Part shown: one piece after another, positions 58,044 through 64,000 of the stretch
How positions within the stretch are numbered: position 1 is the stretch's first letter
Layout of the letters: the number at the start of each line of letters is the position of its first letter
NCBI GenBank assembly: GCA_045531485.1
Contig: JAZSEC010000013.1
Location: forward strand, 4,510-68,509
Origin: Eubacteriales bacterium
GTDB taxonomy: Bacteria > Bacillota > Clostridia > Oscillospirales > CAG-272
Length of the DNA: 64,000 nucleotides
Reading direction: 5' to 3'
Made by a program: the position numbers and the translations under genes
The notes under the pieces: generated by a model
The model's database searches: none
Told to the model about the DNA's origin: nothing
Seen by the model: only the letters and a program-made list of their open reading frames with translations

Positions 58044-60671
58044 ATGAAAGAACTTGCAAAAAACTACAATCCTGCCGAGTTTGAGGATAGGATATACGAA
58101 AATTGGTGCGAGAAGGGTTATTTCAAGCCCGATTCGGACGATAAGAAGCCAAGCTTCTCTATCGTAATTCCTCCGCCTAACGTAACCGGTCAGCTTCACA
58201 TGGGTCACGCTCTTGACGAAACGCTCCAGGACATTCTGGTTCGTACCAAGAGAATGCAGGGCTACTCTACCCTTTGGGTTCCCGGCACAGACCACGCGGG
58301 AATTGCAACACAGATAAAGGTTGAGGAAAGACTCAGAGTTGACGAGGGTCTGTCCCGCTATGATCTCGGCCGTGAGAAATTTCTCGATCGCGTTTGGGCG
58401 TGGAAGGATTCCTACGAGGCACGCATCACCGGTCAGCTTAAAAAGCTCGGTGCATCCTGCGACTGGTCAAGACAGCGTTTTACTATGGACGAGGGCTGCT
58501 CCAGAGCAGTACGCGAGGTGTTCGTAAACCTTTACAACAAGGGACTTATCTACCGCGGACACAGAATTATTAACTGGTGTCCCAGATGCCTTACCGCCCT
58601 CTCGGACGCGGAGGTTGAATATAAGGATCAGCCCGGCTTCTTCTGGCATATCAAGTACCCCATAAAGGGCGAGGACGGCTACGTTGAGATAGCTACCACA
58701 AGACCCGAAACTATGTTCGGTGACACCGCCGTTGCGGTAAATCCCGAGGACGAAAATACAAAGCATCTTATCGGCAAGACCCTTATTCTGCCCATCGTTG
58801 GCAGAGAGATACCCGTGATCGCTGACGATTACGTTGAGATCGGCTTCGGTACCGGCTGCGTTAAGATCACTCCTGCACACGACCCCAACGACTTCCTGGT
58901 TGGTCAAAGACACGAGCTTGAGCAGATCAAGGTTATGAATGACGATGCTACTATGAACGCATACGCAGGCAAGTACGAGGGTATGGACAGATACGCCTGC
59001 CGTAAGGCACTGGTTGCAGATCTGGAAAGTGAGGGTTATCTTGTTAAGACCGAGCCTCACGACCACAACGTAGGTACCTGCTACCGTTGTGGCACTACCG
59101 TTGAGCCTCTCACCAGCGACCAGTGGTTCGTTAAGATGAAGCCTCTGGCAAAGCCTGCCATCGAGGCGGTTGAGAACGGATCTGTTCGCTTCGTTCCCGA
59201 GAGATTCTCCAAGAACTACTTCAACTGGATGAACAACATCCTTGACTGGTGTATTTCCCGTCAGCTCTGGTGGGGACACCGCATTCCTGCCTTCTACTGT
59301 GACGAGTGCGGTCACATGGAGGTTTCCAAGACCGATATCGACACCTGTCCCAAGTGTGGCGGCAAGGTAAGACAGGAGGAGGACGTGCTTGACACCTGGT
59401 TCTCCTCTGCCCTCTGGCCCTTCTCTACTCTGGGCTGGCCCGACGTTACCGAGGATCTTAAGAGATATTATCCCACCGACACCCTTGTTACCGGTTATGA
59501 TATTATCACCTTCTGGGTATCGAGAATGATCTTCTCCGGCCTTGAGCACATGGATGAGAAACCCTTCTCTACCGTATTTATTCACGGTCTGGTACGTGAC
59601 GCACAGGGCAGAAAGATGTCCAAGTCGCTTGGCAACGGCATTGATCCCCTTAAGGTTATCGAGGAGTACGGTGCTGACGCACTGAGATTTGCCCTGGCTA
59701 CCGGTAATGCACCCGGCAACGATATGAGATTCTCCGACGAGAGAATTGAGGCTGCCAGAAACTTTGCAAACAAGCTCTGGAACGCATCCAGATTCGTGCT
59801 TATGAACCTTACCGAGAGCGACGAGGAGCTGCTTGCTCCTGCCGATGAGAGCGATCTTACCATCGAGGACAAGTGGATACTCTCCAAGTTCAACAGCCTT
59901 GCAAAGAGCGTAAACGACAATATTGCAAACTACGAGGTTGGCGTTGCACTGGCGGAGATCTATTCCTTCACCTGGGACACCTTCTGCGACTGGTATATCG
60001 AGATGGCGAAGAGCCGTATCTTCGAGGGCGGTGCCGCTGCACTTACAGCGAAGAGAACCCTCGTTCGCGTTCTGTCAGGTATTCTCGGCCTGCTTCATCC
60101 CTATATGCCCTTCATCACCGAGGAAATTTACCAAGCTATTCCTCACAGCTGCGAGTCTATTATGATCAGCGAGTATCCTAAGTTTGACTCCTCTCTCGTT
60201 TACACCGAGGCTGAGATCTCTGTTGAGAGAATTATCTCCTGCATTACCGCTATCAGAACACGCAGAGCCGAGATGAACGTTCCCCCCTCGAAGAAGGCAA
60301 AGCTCTACGTTGTTACCAAGTATGAGGAAAGCTTCAGAAACGCATCCAAGATCCTTGAGAAGCTGGCAAGTGCATCCGAGGTTATCCTTACCGACAGCTA
60401 TGAGTCGGACGATGCGGTTATGATCGCAACCGACGCAGGACGTATGTACATTCCTCTTGCTGAGGTTATCGACTTTGAGAAGGAGAGAGCAAGACTCACC
60501 GCCGAGATGAAGAAGAATGACGGCGAGATCGAGCGAATCGAAAGAAAGCTTGCTAACGAGGGCTTCGTAGCCAAGGCACCTGCCGCGGTTATTGAGGGTG
60601 AGAAGGCAAAGCTTCAGAAGTATCTCGAGGTACGCGAGTCGCTTACTGTTGCTCTCGCTAAGCTTAACTGA
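58044..60671 (+). CDS. valS: valine--tRNA ligase
   Basis: Start refined to [23 protein letters not shown] (HIGH) and KMSKS motifs. 875 aa. Confidence 0.97.
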   Translation: MKELAKNYNPAEFEDRIYENWCEKGYFKPDSDDKKPSFSIVIPPPNVTGQLHMGHALDETLQDILVRTKRMQGYSTLWVPGTDHAGIATQIKVEERLRVDEGLSRYDLGREKFLDRVWAWKDSYEARITGQLKKLGASCDWSRQRFTMDEGCSRAVREVFVNLYNKGLIYRGHRIINWCPRCLTALSDAEVEYKDQPGFFWHIKYPIKGEDGYVEIATTRPETMFGDTAVAVNPEDENTKHLIGKTLILPIVGREIPVIADDYVEIGFGTGCVKITPAHDPNDFLVGQRHELEQIKVMNDDATMNAYAGKYEGMDRYACRKALVADLESEGYLVKTEPHDHNVGTCYRCGTTVEPLTSDQWFVKMKPLAKPAIEAVENGSVRFVPERFSKNYFNWMNNILDWCISRQLWWGHRIPAFYCDECGHMEVSKTDIDTCPKCGGKVRQEEDVLDTWFSSALWPFSTLGWPDVTEDLKRYYPTDTLVTGYDIITFWVSRMIFSGLEHMDEKPFSTVFIHGLVRDAQGRKMSKSLGNGIDPLKVIEEYGADALRFALATGNAPGNDMRFSDERIEAARNFANKLWNASRFVLMNLTESDEELLAPADESDLTIEDKWILSKFNSLAKSVNDNIANYEVGVALAEIYSFTWDTFCDWYIEMAKSRIFEGGAAALTAKRTLVRVLSGILGLLHPYMPFITEEIYQAIPHSCESIMISEYPKFDSSLVYTEAEISVERIISCITAIRTRRAEMNVPPSKKAKLYVVTKYEESFRNASKILEKLASASEVILTDSYESDDAVMIATDAGRMYIPLAEVIDFEKERARLTAEMKKNDGEIERIERKLANEGFVAKAPAAVIEGEKAKLQKYLEVRESLTVALAKLN

Positions 60672-60727
60672 TAAAAGCAAAAATTAAAGGTCGGGCAGAT
60701 AAAATGCCCGACCTGAATGGAGTAAAA

Positions 60728-61618
60728 ATGATAGAAATGTCCAAAAAACTCGAGGACGTGGTGGTGTTTTCCGGTCAATACGAGGATTCGGAGGAGAATA
60801 GCAGAGTCGCTATTCCCGATGGAATAGTGGAGATCGGCGAGAATGCCTTCAGGGACTTTACCCATCTTACCGAGGTGATCCTGCCACGCTCTGTAAAGAA
60901 GATCTCCGCCTGTGCCTTCGCAGGATGTATGAATCTCAGACGAGTGCAGATGGAGTACGGAATTGAGGAGATCGGTGACGAGGCATTCTCCTCCTGCTCA
61001 TCTCTTACAAGCATCAATATGCCTGACTCGGTCAAGAGGATCGGCGAGGGCTGCTTTGAGGCGTGTGCAAGTCTTAGTCAGATCAAGCTGTCCGAGTCGA
61101 TCATTATGATCGGTGCGGGTGCCTTTGCCTTCTGCTTTAACCTTAACGACGTGACTATTCCCGACAGCTGTGTGCTGGTGGAATTTAATGCATTTTCCGG
61201 CTGTTTTTCGCTGGAGGGAGTAAAGCTTTCCTGCAACATGGAGCTGATCGACGAATCCACCTTTGAGGGCTGCAGATCACTGAAATACGTCGATATGCCA
61301 ACTAAACTTTTCAAAATCGGTCGCAGAGCCTTCAGGGGCTGCACCTCGCTTGCCGGAATTATTCTGCCGGTCAGCACTGCGGTTATCGGCTTTGACGCCT
61401 TCGCAGGCTGTAGCTCGCTTAAGAGGATCGCGATCCCGAAGGGACTTCGCGAGATAGAGGACGGCGACGCCTTCGGTGGCTGTGACTCGCTTGATGAAAT
61501 TTCCTTTGGCGGAAGCCGTGAGGGATGGGAATCCATTCTCCGCGGACGCAGTCTTACCGTGCAGAGATCGGATCTTACTATCGGTGTGCCGAAGGTAAGC
61601 TTTATGAATCTGGAATAA
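60728..61618 (+). CDS. BspA-type leucine-rich repeat protein without a signal peptide
   Basis: Repeats of the IPDxVxxIGxxAFxxCxSL type. Start moved to the ATG at 60728 (GGAG upstream), because 60704 lies within the stem-loop after valS. Confidence 0.72.
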   Translation: MIEMSKKLEDVVVFSGQYEDSEENSRVAIPDGIVEIGENAFRDFTHLTEVILPRSVKKISACAFAGCMNLRRVQMEYGIEEIGDEAFSSCSSLTSINMPDSVKRIGEGCFEACASLSQIKLSESIIMIGAGAFAFCFNLNDVTIPDSCVLVEFNAFSGCFSLEGVKLSCNMELIDESTFEGCRSLKYVDMPTKLFKIGRRAFRGCTSLAGIILPVSTAVIGFDAFAGCSSLKRIAIPKGLREIEDGDAFGGCDSLDEISFGGSREGWESILRGRSLTVQRSDLTIGVPKVSFMNLE

Positions 61619-61637
61619 TAATCTTATGAGGTAGATT

Positions 61638-62303
61638 ATGATAAAAAAATACAAGTGCCTGGTGCTTGATCACGACGACACCGTGGTTGACAGCTCGGCA
61701 TCTATACACTACCCCTCCTTCGTGGAATATCTGAAGATCGCAAGGCCTCACCTTGCTGACAAATATAGCCTGGAGGAGTATTTTGAGAAGAATTTTCATC
61801 CCGGTATCCTAGAGCTTTTTACCGAGGAGATAGGTCTTAACGAAAAGGAGCTTGCCGAGGAGGAGGAGTTCTGGCGTGAGTACGTGAAAAATCATATTCC
61901 GAACGCCTACCCCGGTATGAAGGAGATCATCGCCGACTTTAAGGCAGGCGGTGGCATCGTAGCTGTGGATTCCCACTCTGTTACCGAAAATATAATCCGC
62001 GACTACAAGGCAAACGGTCTGCCCGAGCCGGATATTATCTACGGCTGGGACATTCCCAAGGAGATGAGAAAGCCTGCACCCGGAACACTGCTCGACCTTA
62101 TGAAAAGGTATTCGCTGAGTGCCGATGAGATACTGGTGGTAGACGATCTGAAGCCGGGATATGATATGGCTCGCGGAGCGGGTGTTGACATCGCGGCGGC
62201 AGGATGGGCTCATAACGTGCCCGAGATTGCATCCTTTATGAGGGAAAACTGTGAGTATTTCTGCAAAAGCGTTGAGGAGCTTCGTAAAATTTTGTTTGAT
62301 TGA
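61638..62303 (+). CDS. HAD-superfamily hydrolase
   Basis: Motif I VLDHDDTVVDS and motif IV VVDDLKPGYDMA. Confidence 0.82.
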   Translation: MIKKYKCLVLDHDDTVVDSSASIHYPSFVEYLKIARPHLADKYSLEEYFEKNFHPGILELFTEEIGLNEKELAEEEEFWREYVKNHIPNAYPGMKEIIADFKAGGGIVAVDSHSVTENIIRDYKANGLPEPDIIYGWDIPKEMRKPAPGTLLDLMKRYSLSADEILVVDDLKPGYDMARGAGVDIAAAGWAHNVPEIASFMRENCEYFCKSVEELRKILFD

Positions 62304-62420
62304 TCAATTTCAGGGCTGTCAGTGTGAGAAATCTAAGACAGCCCTTCCCTTTTTGTGATAATGTCACAGAAAAAATCTTCCCTTCATGCTATAATATGGC
62401 AAAAAGAAAGGAGTTTTTTT

Positions 62421-63470
62421 ATGAAAAAGATAGTTTCTATTTTAATTATGATATGCCTTTTAACCGTTTTTGTGGGCTGTAATCCCGATTTCAGCCTTGG
62501 CGACGGTAAAAATGACGGCGAAATCAGCGGTATTGTGGGTGAAAACGGTGAAAGCGAAGGTGAAAATAACACCGACGTGGGAAATGGCGGTGAAACCGAG
62601 GACGAAAATACCGAAAATGATAATGAAGGCCCTGCCAATAGTGGAGAAAGCAACACTAATTACGGCGACAATACCACCGAGGGTGGCGGAAACGACGCAA
62701 ATTCGGGTGACAATACCACCGAGGGTGGCGAAAACGATGGAATTTCGGGCGACAATACCACCGAGGGTGGCGAAAATAATGGAATTTCGGGCGACAACAC
62801 CACCGAGGGTGGCGAAAACAGCGGAAATTCGGGCGATAACACCTCTGAGGGTGGCGGAAACGGCGGAATTTCGGGCGATAACACCACCGAGGGTGGCGAA
62901 AACGATGGAATTTCGGGTGACAATACCATCGAGGGTGGCGAAAATAGCGGAAATTCGGGTGACAACACCACCGAGGGTGGCGGAAACGGCGGAATTTCGG
63001 GCGATAACACCACCGAGGAGCAAAAGCCCGTGTACGTGGTGGGTAATGCCATTGGAAATCTATTCCGTAGTATAACCCTGGAAAAGAATGGCGGCGGTAC
63101 GGTCAGCCCCGACGATTATCGCGGCAAGATCGTTATTGTAAATATATGGGCGACCTGGTGTCCGCCTTGTAAGGCAGAGCTGCCCGACTTCGACCGTATT
63201 GCAAAAGAGTATGCAGACGATGTGGTTATAATTGCCGCCCACGACAGCTACGGCAGAGAGAATGCACCCGCATATATACAGACCAACCTGCCCGATAGTA
63301 GCATAATCTTCGCCTATGATTCGGTTTACGGCGACGCCTTCAATGCGGCGGGTGGCACAAAATACGTGCCGAGAACTGCTATCCTTGACCGTAACGGCGT
63401 TATCATCTACGCCCAGGACGGCCTTATGACCTACGAGCAGCTGAAGTCGATTATTGAGAGAGCGATCTGA
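62421..63470 (+). CDS. TlpA/ResA-like thioredoxin-fold lipoprotein with a long Gly/Asn/Thr/Glu repeat linker
   Basis: Start refined to MKKIVSILIMICLLTVFVGC. WATWCPPCKAELP active site. Confidence 0.85.
   Translation: MKKIVSILIMICLLTVFVGCNPDFSLGDGKNDGEISGIVGENGESEGENNTDVGNGGETEDENTENDNEGPANSGESNTNYGDNTTEGGGNDANSGDNTTEGGENDGISGDNTTEGGENNGISGDNTTEGGENSGNSGDNTSEGGGNGGISGDNTTEGGENDGISGDNTIEGGENSGNSGDNTTEGGGNGGISGDNTTEEQKPVYVVGNAIGNLFRSITLEKNGGGTVSPDDYRGKIVIVNIWATWCPPCKAELPDFDRIAKEYADDVVIIAAHDSYGRENAPAYIQTNLPDSSIIFAYDSVYGDAFNAAGGTKYVPRTAILDRNGVIIYAQDGLMTYEQLKSIIERAI
62664..63020. repeat. 8.5 x 42-bp in-frame tandem repeat (GDNTTEGGENxGxS)
   Basis: Read directly: ggcgacaataccaccgagggtggcg... recurs every 42 bp. 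Confidence 0.9.
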
Positions 63471-63536
63471 TGCTAATTTAAGGAAGGCGATACCGACCTT
63501 AGTGTAAGTTTAGATCTGCTCCAGTATTTTCCCGAT

Positions 63537-63570
63537 AAAAAAGCCTCTCCGCTTCGGAGAGGCTTTTTTA
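63537..63570. terminator. bidirectional terminator
   Basis: agcctctcc-gcttc-ggagaggct flanked by A5 and T6. Confidence 0.7.
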
Positions 63571-63622
63571 TGTATTTATGGTATTTTTCAAAGAAAAAGT
63601 GCTTGTTTTCCCTGAATTTTAT

Positions 63623-64000
63623 TTACTTTTCAGGATCAGACATATCCTCGGCATTGGCGTTATCCTCCGAGGAGGCATCACCCTTGCTGTCGGTTGCACC
63701 GTTGTTATCGGCATCGGGCGTGGGAGCAACACTGCCATCCCCCACGGGAGCATCAGGGGTGGAAGCTTTTCCGCCGTCACCCTCATGGGAGGGATAGTTA
63801 TCGCCCGACATATTACCTTCACCCTTACCGTCGCCAACGTCGATAGTTCCGTCACCGTCAACATCAACGCCACCCTCAATCTCGGGGGCTACGGTTTCAC
63901 CGAATTTACCGAAATCAATAGAGCAATCGCCACGCTCACTGCCCATGATCATACTGTAGGAAACGTGGGTGATCCTGCCCTTAGCGTCAAAGCGAATGGT
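63623..64000 (-). CDS. C-terminal part of a protein with an acidic Gly/Asp-rich tail (5' end outside window)
   Basis: The frame stays open upstream of the track Met to position 64000 (TIRFDAKGRITHVSYS...). No family recognised. Confidence 0.5.
   Translation of the reverse strand, partial: TIRFDAKGRITHVSYSMIMGSERGDCSIDFGKFGETVAPEIEGGVDVDGDGTIDVGDGKGEGNMSGDNYPSHEGDGGKASTPDAPVGDGSVAPTPDADNNGATDSKGDASSEDNANAEDMSDPEK

Noticed and set aside
62460-63075. Multiple 130-200-aa ORFs in other frames and on the other strand across the 42-bp repeat region
   Set aside because: They are by-products of the tandem repeat periodicity. Only the plus-strand frame connects a lipobox signal peptide to the thioredoxin domain.

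Overview
This 64 kb window comes from a spore-forming Clostridia-class Firmicute. The evidence is a spoIIAA-spoIIAB-sigF operon, a CIRCE-controlled groES-groEL, a T-box valS leader and Gram-positive lipoboxes. By eye (not computed), the left ~9.4 kb is more AT-rich than the rest and looks accessory. It holds a DUF262 ORF missing from the supplied track and running off the left edge, coupled to a 508-aa orphan protein. It also holds a DUF3990 / DUF3791-HTH pair with twin operator palindromes, a 25-bp perfect inverted repeat, a small ORF plus a TnpX-like large serine recombinase, and a 5'-truncated RHS toxin cassette with a membrane immunity gene and an RHS relic. The remainder is mostly core genome:
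- plsX-degV-GNAT-ACP and yloV
- a two-component system
- queA, dapA, valS
- MATE, CPA and CaCA transporters
- mntP behind a yybP-ykoY Mn riboswitch
- a pectin-related set: a ~1710-aa CE8 pectin methylesterase lipoprotein, a CE12/SGNH esterase lipoprotein, kduI and kduD, and a GH31

Three observations stand out. First, the edge-truncated DUF262 two-gene module is a defence candidate. Second, an 80-91 bp structured repeat family with a 31-nt core is tandemly amplified after stop codons, including inside the groES-groEL spacer. Third, His/Cys knuckle repeat stalks are shared by three surface lipoproteins. All functional calls rest on motif recognition by eye; no database searches were run.
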